64,000 nt of DNA from a virus. How positions within the stretch are numbered: the first letter of the stretch is position 1; each line of letters opens with the position of its first letter. The position numbers were made by a program, and so were the translations under genes. Below are positions 48,256 to 56,862 of this stretch, one piece after another. The stretch is taken from the IMG/VR virus record IMGVR_UViG_3300020465_000009, positions 6,978 through 70,977 of that record; one strand, 5' to 3'. Under the pieces are notes generated by a model. The model did not search any database and had not been told where the DNA came from. It saw nothing but the letters and a program-made list of their open reading frames with translations.

Positions 48256-49543
48256 GTACGGGGCGAAAGAGCCTGAAAAATTAAAAATTAAAGATATGAC
48301 TCCAGAGCAAAAGGAGTTGTTGATTGAGAGTGATACTTTTTGTATGCTACCATGGATGCACCTACACGCCTTTCCGGATGGTAGGGCATATCCTTGCTGT
48401 TTTGCTTTAGACAAGTTACCAGTAGGAGATGTAAACAAACAATCAATGGAAGAGATTTGGAACGGAGACAAAATGAAAAAAATGCGTCTCAATATGTTGC
48501 AAAACAAACCATCCAAAGAGTGTTTCAAATGTTATGACCAAGAAAAATCAGGTTTCTTCAGTTTACGTTTAAGTTCAAACAAACATTTTGGACATAACAT
48601 TGATATGACTAAAACAACACAACAAGATGGATCGGCAGACTTTGTTATAAAATATTGGGATATACGTTTTAGTAATTTATGTAATATGGCTTGTAGAAGT
48701 TGTGGTACATGGTTTAGTTCTAATTGGTACGAAGATCATAAGAAACTGACAGGTAGTCCACCACCTCACGCAAAAATAATGAGGGCAGGTAGGACTTCTA
48801 ATGATATATGGGAACAGTTGTTAAAACAATTCGACCATGTTGAACAATTTTATTTTGCAGGTGGTGAACCAATTATCATGGAAGAACACTATAGAATATT
48901 AAAAGAATTAGATAAAAGAAAAATGTATCACGTAAGATTAATTTATAATACTAATTTTAGTAAAACAAAATTTAAAGATATAGATGTTTTCGAATTATGG
49001 AATAAGTTTGATTCAGTTTCAATAGGTGCAAGTTTAGATGCCGAGGGAGCCAGAGGAGAATTAATGCGTAAAGGAACTAAATGGGATGAAACAGTTGCAA
49101 ACAGAAAACGTATGTTGGAAGTTTGTCCACAAGTTGATTTTTATATTAGTTCAACAGTAGGATTAGTTAATGCTTTACACGTTCCTGATTTTCATAAGAA
49201 TTGGGTAGAACAAGGATTAATTAAACCTCAAGATTTCAATTTCAATTTATTGCAGTTTCCATTATGGCAAAGAATGGACCTACTTCCGCAAGAATTCAAA
49301 GAACAAGTTAAACAGAAATATGAAGAACACATGGTATGGCTTAAAACAAAGGATCATTTGACAAGAGCAACTAAAGGTTATGAAAGTGCTTTAGATTACA
49401 TGATGAGGAGAGATAAAACAGATAAACTGCCTTTATTTTTCCAAAACACAAGACGTTATGACGAAATTAGAAATGAAAACTTTTTAGATATATTTCCGGA
49501 ATGGAAGGAGTTATTTGACAAATATGAGACACCGAAGACCTAA
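48245..49543 (+). CDS. radical SAM protein with N-terminal SPASM/twitch-like Cys domain
   Basis: CNMACRSC, AGGEP, FCMLPW..PCC..EIWN..CFKCY. Confidence 0.85.
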   Translation: MAYEYGAKEPEKLKIKDMTPEQKELLIESDTFCMLPWMHLHAFPDGRAYPCCFALDKLPVGDVNKQSMEEIWNGDKMKKMRLNMLQNKPSKECFKCYDQEKSGFFSLRLSSNKHFGHNIDMTKTTQQDGSADFVIKYWDIRFSNLCNMACRSCGTWFSSNWYEDHKKLTGSPPPHAKIMRAGRTSNDIWEQLLKQFDHVEQFYFAGGEPIIMEEHYRILKELDKRKMYHVRLIYNTNFSKTKFKDIDVFELWNKFDSVSIGASLDAEGARGELMRKGTKWDETVANRKRMLEVCPQVDFYISSTVGLVNALHVPDFHKNWVEQGLIKPQDFNFNLLQFPLWQRMDLLPQEFKEQVKQKYEEHMVWLKTKDHLTRATKGYESALDYMMRRDKTDKLPLFFQNTRRYDEIRNENFLDIFPEWKELFDKYETPKT

Positions 49544-50138
49544 AGATTTTGGAGATAAGTGTGCATTGTGGTTTACAATGAGATTGAGATGGATCGCAGA
49601 TACATTTTTTGCCAAAAGATACGGACATAGAGCAGTTGTTTTAGAAACAGTTGCAGGTGTTCCGGGAATGGTAGCAGGTATGTGGAATCACCTTCGTAGT
49701 TTACGAAAAATGAAACCTGACGACAGAGGTTGGATAAGAACACTTCTTGCAGAAGCGGAAAATGAACGTATGCATCTAATGATATTCATAGAAATTGCAA
49801 AACCTAATTGGTTTGAACGTTGGATGATTATTACAGCACAATTTTTATTCTGGCATTTTTATATGTTTTTGTATATATTCTTTCCAAAAGTAGCACATAG
49901 AATGGTAGGATATTTTGAGGAACAAGCAGTAATAAGTTATACATCATATCTAAAAGCCATTGACTTGGGCAAAATAGAAAATATTGATGCTCCTGATATC
50001 GCAAAAAATTACTATAGGTTAGGTCCTAATGCAAAGTTAAGAGAAGTTGTTAAAGCAGTACGAGAAGATGAAAGAGGTCATGCACAGGAAAATCATAAAA
50101 TGGCCGATTACATAAAGGATGGCAATGACGAGAGTTAA
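49515..50138 (+). CDS. aox: alternative oxidase (ubiquinol oxidase, di-iron carboxylate)
   Basis: LETVAGVPGMV, HL.SLR, GWI..LL.EAENERMHL, HR.VGY.EEQA..SY, VREDERGH: all AOX iron-ligand motifs present. Confidence 0.92.
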   Translation: MTNMRHRRPKDFGDKCALWFTMRLRWIADTFFAKRYGHRAVVLETVAGVPGMVAGMWNHLRSLRKMKPDDRGWIRTLLAEAENERMHLMIFIEIAKPNWFERWMIITAQFLFWHFYMFLYIFFPKVAHRMVGYFEEQAVISYTSYLKAIDLGKIENIDAPDIAKNYYRLGPNAKLREVVKAVREDERGHAQENHKMADYIKDGNDES

Positions 50139-51459
50139 ACCAAAAGACGGAAACAAAACATTTTGTATGGCGCCATGGACTCATACCTATCTGTCGCCAC
50201 AAATGGAAAGACGTTTGTGTTGCAGTTCTCGTGAATCTTCTACTAATTTTAAACAGTATATTGATACATTTGATCCTAAGGGCAACAACGACAAAATGAA
50301 TTTACAGACACTAGATCAACACTGGAACTCCGATTACATGAAATCGGTTAGAGTAAAACTTATGGCCGGTGAAGAGATACCACAGTGTGCTGTGTGTAAT
50401 CACAAACTATTGAATGAGCAAGTATACAGACAGCATTTTAATTGGTTGTACAGGAACAAAATAGAAGAGGCATTCGCGTCAACAGACGATACAGGTCATA
50501 CAACAATGAAAACCGAAAGTTTTGATTACAGGTTTTCGAATCTTTGTAATTTTAGTTGTAGAATGTGTGGAGATATGTTAAGCAGTAGTTGGGAAACAGA
50601 AAACAAAAAGCACGGCAAAGGTGACTATGAACGTTATAGGATTTGGGGAAGGAAAGACATCAAAGAACAACTAGCAAAATTCCATGATCAACAGATTGTA
50701 AAAGAATTCACAGAAGCAGTTGAAGAAAAACGCATCACTGAATTATATTGGTGCGGTGGAGAACCCTTGATGTGGAAAATACATTGGGAAGCAATGAAAA
50801 GAATAGTAGAACTTGGATACCAGGACCAAGTTTTAGCAAGATATAATTCTAATATGAGCAGAATACAATATTACAAGTACAACTTATTTGATGACATTTT
50901 AAAACATTATCCTAATTTTCAAATATGTGCATCAATTGACGGAACAGGTGAAGTGGGAGAATACATTAGGACAGGATTGAAATATGATGTATGGCTTGAA
51001 AACGTAAAATACGGTTTGAAATTTGCCGACCAGGCGAAAAAAAGAATACAATTAGATCTCACAATTACAATGCCGGGACTGTTTGATTTAGAAAACATGG
51101 TACATCTAAGCAATAATTTACAGACTGAACTGTTGACAAAACAAGTATTCAATTTCTCAAACGACAATGCAATGGCTCCTCTTTTTATGCCATACGATAT
51201 TATGAGCGAGATAATAGACGATGCAAGGGACAAAACTATAAAATATAAAAATAAAAATTTAAACAATTTCTTTCAACAATTAGATGAGATGCAGTCACAA
51301 AAAAGAAATAACGAATTAGTGTACAACGAAAAGGAATACAAAGAAGGACAGAAAAATGGAAAAGCGGAAGTTGAACGTTTGGACAGAATACGTGGTACAG
51401 ATATTAAAAAAATATTAGGTAAAAACAAAAAGGCTTTAGAATGGTGGACAAGTATTTAA
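50119..51459 (+). CDS. radical SAM protein with N-terminal SPASM/twitch-like Cys domain
   Basis: CNFSCRMC, CGGEP, FCMAPW..LCC..CAVC. Confidence 0.85.
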   Translation: MAMTRVKPKDGNKTFCMAPWTHTYLSPQMERRLCCSSRESSTNFKQYIDTFDPKGNNDKMNLQTLDQHWNSDYMKSVRVKLMAGEEIPQCAVCNHKLLNEQVYRQHFNWLYRNKIEEAFASTDDTGHTTMKTESFDYRFSNLCNFSCRMCGDMLSSSWETENKKHGKGDYERYRIWGRKDIKEQLAKFHDQQIVKEFTEAVEEKRITELYWCGGEPLMWKIHWEAMKRIVELGYQDQVLARYNSNMSRIQYYKYNLFDDILKHYPNFQICASIDGTGEVGEYIRTGLKYDVWLENVKYGLKFADQAKKRIQLDLTITMPGLFDLENMVHLSNNLQTELLTKQVFNFSNDNAMAPLFMPYDIMSEIIDDARDKTIKYKNKNLNNFFQQLDEMQSQKRNNELVYNEKEYKEGQKNGKAEVERLDRIRGTDIKKILGKNKKALEWWTSI

Positions 51460-52613
51460 AAACAAATGTGTGTCCATTACCTTGGACGCATTTAGAAATT
51501 GATGTAAACGGTGGTGCTTCGCCATGCTGTTTATACAAAGGTAGTATTCCAAATGTTAAGGTGTACGAAACAGATTTAAAAAAAATACAAAACAGTGAAT
51601 ATATGGAAAATTTAAGGCAACAGTTTAAGGACGGAATACGCCCTACAAATTGCCAAAGTTGTTGGCAGGAAGAAGATGCGGGTAAAACGTCCAAACGTAT
51701 GAATTCACTTTACAAAATGAAAAATAGTTTAACAAATTGGAATACTGATAGCGAGCCAACACTGAAATTTATAGACTTTAAGTTAGGCAACGTTTGTAAT
51801 TTGAAATGTAGGATTTGTGGTAGTTGGAGTTCTAGCAAATGGGCACAGGAAGAACTTGACTACGGAGAAAATCCAGTGGCAAGAAAAAATTTGACAGAGG
51901 GTGGATGGCCAAAAAAATATCCTAAGTTTTTTGATGACGTCAAAGACAGTCTTAAAGAAGCAGAATTTTTTGAATTCACAGGCGGAGAGCCTTTTATGAT
52001 ACAGAATCATTTTAAAATATTGAAGCATTGTGTTGAAAAAGGTTATGCTAAAAACCAAGACATACACTACAATACAAATGGTACGCAATTACCTCCGCCA
52101 CAGGTATTTGATCTATTAAAAAATTTCAAGCGAGTAGAAGTAGCATTTAGTATAGACGATGTAGGTGAACCTTTTGAATATCAACGACATCCTGCAAAAT
52201 GGGTAAAAGTAAATGAAAATTTAATTGAATGGAAAAAAATGCAAACACCTAATATGGAATTTCAAATATGCAGTACAATAAACATCTTTAATATTTTAAG
52301 TCTTGCAAAATTAAACTTATGGGTAAGACAGTTTCAACCTAAATTCTTTTATGTGAACACTTGTTTTGATCCGGACGTTTTTAATATACAGACTTTGCCA
52401 CAACAGGTCAAAAACATAGTAACAGATAGATATAAGGATCTTAAAGATTTTCAAGGCACTATTAATTTTATGAACAGTATTGATAGAGACACACAAGAAA
52501 TAAGAGAGCAACGAAAAGAGAGGATTATGAAAGCAGACAAATATAGGAACGAAAATTTTGGAGAAGTGTTTCCACTATTAGATAAAATGTTGGGAGTATA
52601 TCATGGAACATAA
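51441..52613 (+). CDS. radical SAM protein with N-terminal SPASM/twitch-like Cys domain
   Basis: CNLKCRIC, TGGEP, NTNG, VCPLPW..PCC..CQSCW. Confidence 0.85.
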   Translation: MVDKYLKTNVCPLPWTHLEIDVNGGASPCCLYKGSIPNVKVYETDLKKIQNSEYMENLRQQFKDGIRPTNCQSCWQEEDAGKTSKRMNSLYKMKNSLTNWNTDSEPTLKFIDFKLGNVCNLKCRICGSWSSSKWAQEELDYGENPVARKNLTEGGWPKKYPKFFDDVKDSLKEAEFFEFTGGEPFMIQNHFKILKHCVEKGYAKNQDIHYNTNGTQLPPPQVFDLLKNFKRVEVAFSIDDVGEPFEYQRHPAKWVKVNENLIEWKKMQTPNMEFQICSTINIFNILSLAKLNLWVRQFQPKFFYVNTCFDPDVFNIQTLPQQVKNIVTDRYKDLKDFQGTINFMNSIDRDTQEIREQRKERIMKADKYRNENFGEVFPLLDKMLGVYHGT

Positions 52614-53418
52614 ACTTGTAATAGCAGGCGGTGATTCCTTCACTTTTGGACATGAATTGTCTGACGATGATAATGGCAAAAGAGCATCAAGAGTGAGTTG
52701 GGCATACAAATTGTTCCAGGAAATACCAAACTGGGCAAATGGTTATGATTTTTTGAATACTGCCAAAGGCGGCATAGGTAACAGTGCTATTGCCCGTAAA
52801 GTTTTTGATTGCGTAAGTATGCATCAGCACAAACAAAAATATGTTTTTGTGATGTGGAGTTTTGCATCAAGATACGATTGGGCCATGCCAAGACACAAAC
52901 TACTTGAAGACACACGTTGGGCAACTATCACGCCATGGGATACAAGCGATGGCATAGATGAGGCAAACAGAATATTGTCAAGCAACGAACCCCATCTCGA
53001 AGGGTGGAGACAAAGACGTGAAGAAATGCAAGAAACCAAAGTGGGTCCTTTTGCTGACAATCTTTATAGGTACGGTGCAAACAGGTACCATGAAACTTAC
53101 CTTAGTTGGAAAAGCATAATTTGGTTACAAAATATATTGGAAAAGAAAAAAATACCATATCTGTTTACCTTGGCCGACAACTCATTGTTTTACGACCAAG
53201 AGAACCTTGTGTTCCAAGATGACCGATTGATGAAATCAATGTACAAAGAAATAGATTTTACCAATTGGTTTTCTTTTGGTGAACGAATGATGGGATTTAA
53301 CCAATGGACTTTATTGAACGATTACCAAAGGGGAGTGACACATCCGCTTGACCAGGCACACTATGATGCTGTAAAATTAATGAAACCCAAACTAGATGAG
53401 ATATTGACGTATGTTTAA
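52603..53418 (+). CDS. SGNH/GDSL-like hydrolase or acyltransferase
   Basis: GDSFTFG, GGIGN.AIAR, MWS...R, THPL..AH. Confidence 0.6.
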   Translation: MEHKLVIAGGDSFTFGHELSDDDNGKRASRVSWAYKLFQEIPNWANGYDFLNTAKGGIGNSAIARKVFDCVSMHQHKQKYVFVMWSFASRYDWAMPRHKLLEDTRWATITPWDTSDGIDEANRILSSNEPHLEGWRQRREEMQETKVGPFADNLYRYGANRYHETYLSWKSIIWLQNILEKKKIPYLFTLADNSLFYDQENLVFQDDRLMKSMYKEIDFTNWFSFGERMMGFNQWTLLNDYQRGVTHPLDQAHYDAVKLMKPKLDEILTYV

Positions 53419-53506
53419 AACCGTGTACAATTATATAAAAAGCAAGTATTTGCGTTGGAAAAAGTTAAGAGAACAAAAGAAAAAAGATCCTTATGTATAC
53501 AAGTAG
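53411..53506 (+). CDS. basic microprotein (31 aa, DP(Y/F)(V/I)YK C-terminus)
   Basis: MFKTVYNYIKSKYLRWKKLREQKKKDPYVYK; overlaps the upstream stop; paralogue at 54679. Confidence 0.6.
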   Translation: MFKTVYNYIKSKYLRWKKLREQKKKDPYVYK

Positions 53507-54686
53507 TGTGTTGCAACAGGTAAAGAAAGATTTAGAGTCATGGACCACAAACTTTGTGGAAGCCAGTAATGAATTCTATGGCGGCAATTTTCCAGTTTGT
53601 CCATATGCCAGACAGGCAAGAATTAAAGGGCAGACAACATATGCTTTGTATCCAGGAGGCAACATCAAGGAGTTCATACAAAATTCAGTGAATAAGTTGA
53701 TCGAAAATGACGAACACAAACAGATGTTAATTGTTTTGCCACCCAGGGCAAAATGGACAATTGGTATGGATAAAATGATATACAACATCAACAAAAGGAT
53801 TATTCCTTTAAATTATTTTGCACTGAAAGGCAGTGCTAACGGATCTAAAAGCAGTTACCCCGGATTGTTAAACAAAGGAGAATATCAATTGATAGGACTG
53901 AACACATTAGACAAAGTGCTTGAAGGAGTAGAATGGCTCAAGCAAAAAGGCTACTACAAAAATTGGAGTGAGCAACACTACAACGACATAGTTGTAAGAC
54001 GACAACGTATGTACGACAAGTATGGAAAACAAGATATCAAGGCTTTCTACGACAAAAACAACTTTCCAGGCAAGTATTCGGCAAATGACCTTTTAGAATA
54101 CTACAATGGAAATAGGTATCTAAATTTTATACAGCAATACATATCAGGAAGATTTACAGTGCTTGATGCAGGTTGTGGCACAGGATTCACAACAAATTAT
54201 TTTGCTAGGAAAAATACAGATTTAAAATTTACAGGAATAGATTTTGCAGAAAGTATCACATGGGCAGAGAAAATTAGCAGTGAATTGCAGTTAAGGAATA
54301 CAAATTACATCAAGGCAGATTTAAATGATTTTGAATCAGATACAAAATATAATGTAGTGTTGTGCCAAGGGGTATTACATCACATTCCTGCCTATAACAA
54401 AGTATTAAAAAAATTACAAGGAATGGTCAATAGCAACGGACTATTCATAATAGGTTTATATCATCCATGGGGGAAGATGTTACAAAGACTTTTACCAACG
54501 CAATATCAAAGTAATGTGTTGGAAGAAGACCAAGAAAAAAATCCTTTTGAATTATCATTTACAAAAAAAGAAGTTGTAAAGATGTTCAAAGGATACACAC
54601 TAATAGACAGCCACCCTTCGGCTCTAATGAATTGGAGGAACGGAGGATTGACTGTTTATGTTTTTAGAAAGGCAAAATATGTTTAA
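53493..54686 (+). CDS. DUF1415-like domain fused to class I SAM-dependent methyltransferase
   Basis: N-terminal PVCPYARQA...YYKNWS; C-terminal VLDAGCGTG, GIDF, GVLHH. True start may be GTG 53508. Confidence 0.75.
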   Translation: MYTSSVLQQVKKDLESWTTNFVEASNEFYGGNFPVCPYARQARIKGQTTYALYPGGNIKEFIQNSVNKLIENDEHKQMLIVLPPRAKWTIGMDKMIYNINKRIIPLNYFALKGSANGSKSSYPGLLNKGEYQLIGLNTLDKVLEGVEWLKQKGYYKNWSEQHYNDIVVRRQRMYDKYGKQDIKAFYDKNNFPGKYSANDLLEYYNGNRYLNFIQQYISGRFTVLDAGCGTGFTTNYFARKNTDLKFTGIDFAESITWAEKISSELQLRNTNYIKADLNDFESDTKYNVVLCQGVLHHIPAYNKVLKKLQGMVNSNGLFIIGLYHPWGKMLQRLLPTQYQSNVLEEDQEKNPFELSFTKKEVVKMFKGYTLIDSHPSALMNWRNGGLTVYVFRKAKYV

Positions 54687-54783
54687 TTGGATTAAGAAAA
54701 TCTATAACAAGATCAAATCAGAAATTGCTTATAGAAAAAGACTGAAAGAACTTAAGAAAAAAGACCCGTTCATTTACAAATAG
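54679..54783 (+). CDS. basic microprotein (34 aa, DPFIYK C-terminus)
   Basis: MFNWIKKIYNKIKSEIAYRKRLKELKKKDPFIYK. Confidence 0.65.
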   Translation: MFNWIKKIYNKIKSEIAYRKRLKELKKKDPFIYK

Positions 54784-54791
54784 GATAAAGA

Positions 54792-55361
54792 ATGGAAAAA
54801 CTAAAAGAAGAAATACTTAAAAGGTTTTCTAAGGAAAAGAAACCGGTTTATGAACTTATAGAATTGCACGATATAGATTGTGCAGAAGATCCTGTACGTC
54901 CAGAACTTGACCTTAAGTTTAGAACTTCGTATGGTAGAAAGATATATGGCCTCAAAGACGAAGAAGGAGATATAGCGGCAATTATGTGTTTTGCATTTAC
55001 ACATGATGTTCCAAAAACTGTAGATGAGATGGACAAATTGAGTAAAGATGCTGTCCTTCAAGCAACACATAGAGCAGGGGTGCAAGGCACTATTGCTATT
55101 GCTTATACAGTATGGGCCAAGAAGAGAGGTGGCGGCCGTGCAATAGTGAATGAAGTTTACAAAATGGTTAAGAAGTCAAGCAATCTAAACAGGTTGGTAA
55201 CACTATCACCATTGACAGACATGGCTAGGAACTTTCATTTAAAAAATGGTGCAAAGGAATTACAGGTAAACGAGACAACACAAAATTTTGAATATGATAT
55301 TGAATTGGAAGAATGGGAAAAATATTTAGAAAGGGCGAAAAAGTTTTTTAGAATATCATGA
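54792..55361 (+). CDS. GNAT-fold protein resembling malonyl-CoA decarboxylase C-terminal domain
   Basis: AIAYTVW, VTLSP and ARNFHLKNGA resemble the MCD TLSP and FHLxNGA motifs. Confidence 0.5.
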   Translation: MEKLKEEILKRFSKEKKPVYELIELHDIDCAEDPVRPELDLKFRTSYGRKIYGLKDEEGDIAAIMCFAFTHDVPKTVDEMDKLSKDAVLQATHRAGVQGTIAIAYTVWAKKRGGGRAIVNEVYKMVKKSSNLNRLVTLSPLTDMARNFHLKNGAKELQVNETTQNFEYDIELEEWEKYLERAKKFFRIS

Positions 55362-55693
55362 ACTGTTTAGGATTATTTTTAGCCGTATCAATGCACGTGG
55401 GACTTGAAGCAAATTATAATAACATCCATCCCCACGCAAGATGTACAGTAGACAACAAGATTGCAGGTGTATTTTATAATTCGGAGGACCGTGTTAGTGG
55501 GTATATCGGTAGAGAATTTGAATTAGATGAATATTGGAATCTTGAAATAGGATTGGTGACAGGTTACAAAACAGCAGACGTACTTCCTATGGTCAGATAC
55601 AAGACTGGCGGTTTTTTCCTTGCACCAGCATATGAAAAGCATAACGGCAAAGAAAATTTTGGATTAGTATTAGGTTGGGAAATAGGAAAATGA
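55358..55693 (+). CDS. hypothetical protein, possible small beta-barrel
   Basis: Hydrophobic N-terminus, alternating beta-strand pattern, G.VTGY motif. Confidence 0.45.
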   Translation: MNCLGLFLAVSMHVGLEANYNNIHPHARCTVDNKIAGVFYNSEDRVSGYIGREFELDEYWNLEIGLVTGYKTADVLPMVRYKTGGFFLAPAYEKHNGKENFGLVLGWEIGK

Positions 55694-56073
55694 GAGAAGA
55701 TCTAATGGTACAACAACAGGTTAAAAGTAAATGGCAACACATGGTTGGAGTAATATGCCTCAATCAAACATACAGAAAACAAGTGAAACAAGTTTTGCCT
55801 AAATTGTTTAAAAGATATCCAAACCCTGTTGCATTTATAAGAGGCAGACAGAAAACACAAGAAAATATGCTCAAACCTTTGGGTATGTGGAAAGTGAGAG
55901 CAAAAAGACTTAGAAACATGAGTATAGATTTTTTAACATGGAATGGAAAAGAAGCATCAGATTTACATGGTATAGGAAAATACGGAAGTGACAGTTATAA
56001 AATTTTTTACAAAAATGAAATTCCTGCTGATGTGCAGGACAAAGAATTAAGAAAGTATATTGCACAGTTATGA
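55690..56073 (+). CDS. HhH-GPD DNA glycosylase, MBD4-like
   Basis: I.LNQT, YP.P, LKPLG...RAK, LHGIGKYG.DSY.IF, D..L.KY closely follow the MBD4 catalytic domain as recalled. Confidence 0.75.
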   Translation: MREDLMVQQQVKSKWQHMVGVICLNQTYRKQVKQVLPKLFKRYPNPVAFIRGRQKTQENMLKPLGMWKVRAKRLRNMSIDFLTWNGKEASDLHGIGKYGSDSYKIFYKNEIPADVQDKELRKYIAQL

Positions 56074-56513
56074 AAATTTTAATTATGGGACTACCAGGAT
56101 CAGGAAAGACAACTTTAGCAAAAATTCTTGCACCTCGACTTAATGCAATACATCTAAACGCAGACGAGGTACGTAAGCAAGTAAATGATTGGGACTTCTC
56201 CCCAACGGGTAGAACTAGACAAGCGGATAGAATGAAATCATATGCAGAAAAATGGATAAAAGAAAATAGAAATGTAGTGGCCGATTTCATATGTCCTACA
56301 GAACAAACTCGTAAAGACTTTGATCCTGATTATACCATATGGATGGACACAATAAAAGAGAGTCAATACGAAGATACTAACAAGATGTTTGAGCAACCAA
56401 AAGAATATGATTACAAAGTCACTCATAAAGATGCTATGATGTGGGCATTTATGATAATGAATGACATCAGAGATAAAGGAGGCGTTGGACCACATGATCA
56501 AATGGGACAATAA
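56070..56513 (+). CDS. adenylyl-sulfate (APS) kinase-like P-loop kinase
   Basis: MGLPGSGKTTLA, ADEVR, DFS..GR..QA.R, FICP...R, FE.P. Confidence 0.7.
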   Translation: MKILIMGLPGSGKTTLAKILAPRLNAIHLNADEVRKQVNDWDFSPTGRTRQADRMKSYAEKWIKENRNVVADFICPTEQTRKDFDPDYTIWMDTIKESQYEDTNKMFEQPKEYDYKVTHKDAMMWAFMIMNDIRDKGGVGPHDQMGQ

Positions 56514-56862
56514 AAAACCTACTGCACAGATGCTTGGAAGATGGCAACCATTCCACGATGGCCATTACAAATTGTTTGAGCAAATAGTGAAGAAAACAGG
56601 CCAAGTGCTTATTATGGTAAGAGATGTGCAAGGAGTAGACGACAATCCTTTTGATTTTGACACAGTAAAAAACAATATTGAAGAAAAATTAAATCCAAAA
56701 TACGAAGGACAATTTAAAATTATCCTAGTACCAAACATAACAAATATATGCTACGGTAGAGGAGTAGGATATAAAATTGAAGAAATTGTTTTAGATGAAG
56801 AAACACAAAAAATATCAGCAACCAAAATTAGACAAACAATGAGAGACGAAGGAAAATTATGA
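56494..56862 (+). CDS. HIGH-family nucleotidyltransferase (cytidyltransferase-like)
   Basis: GRWQPFHDGH, NPF, ISATKIR; AGGAGG SD before ATG 56494. Confidence 0.7.
   Translation: MIKWDNKKPTAQMLGRWQPFHDGHYKLFEQIVKKTGQVLIMVRDVQGVDDNPFDFDTVKNNIEEKLNPKYEGQFKIILVPNITNICYGRGVGYKIEEIVLDEETQKISATKIRQTMRDEGKL

Noticed and set aside
49515-50138. Cyanophage-type PTOX
   Set aside because: Motifs LETVAGVPGMV and EAENERMHL are AOX-type, and no photosynthesis genes are present in the window.
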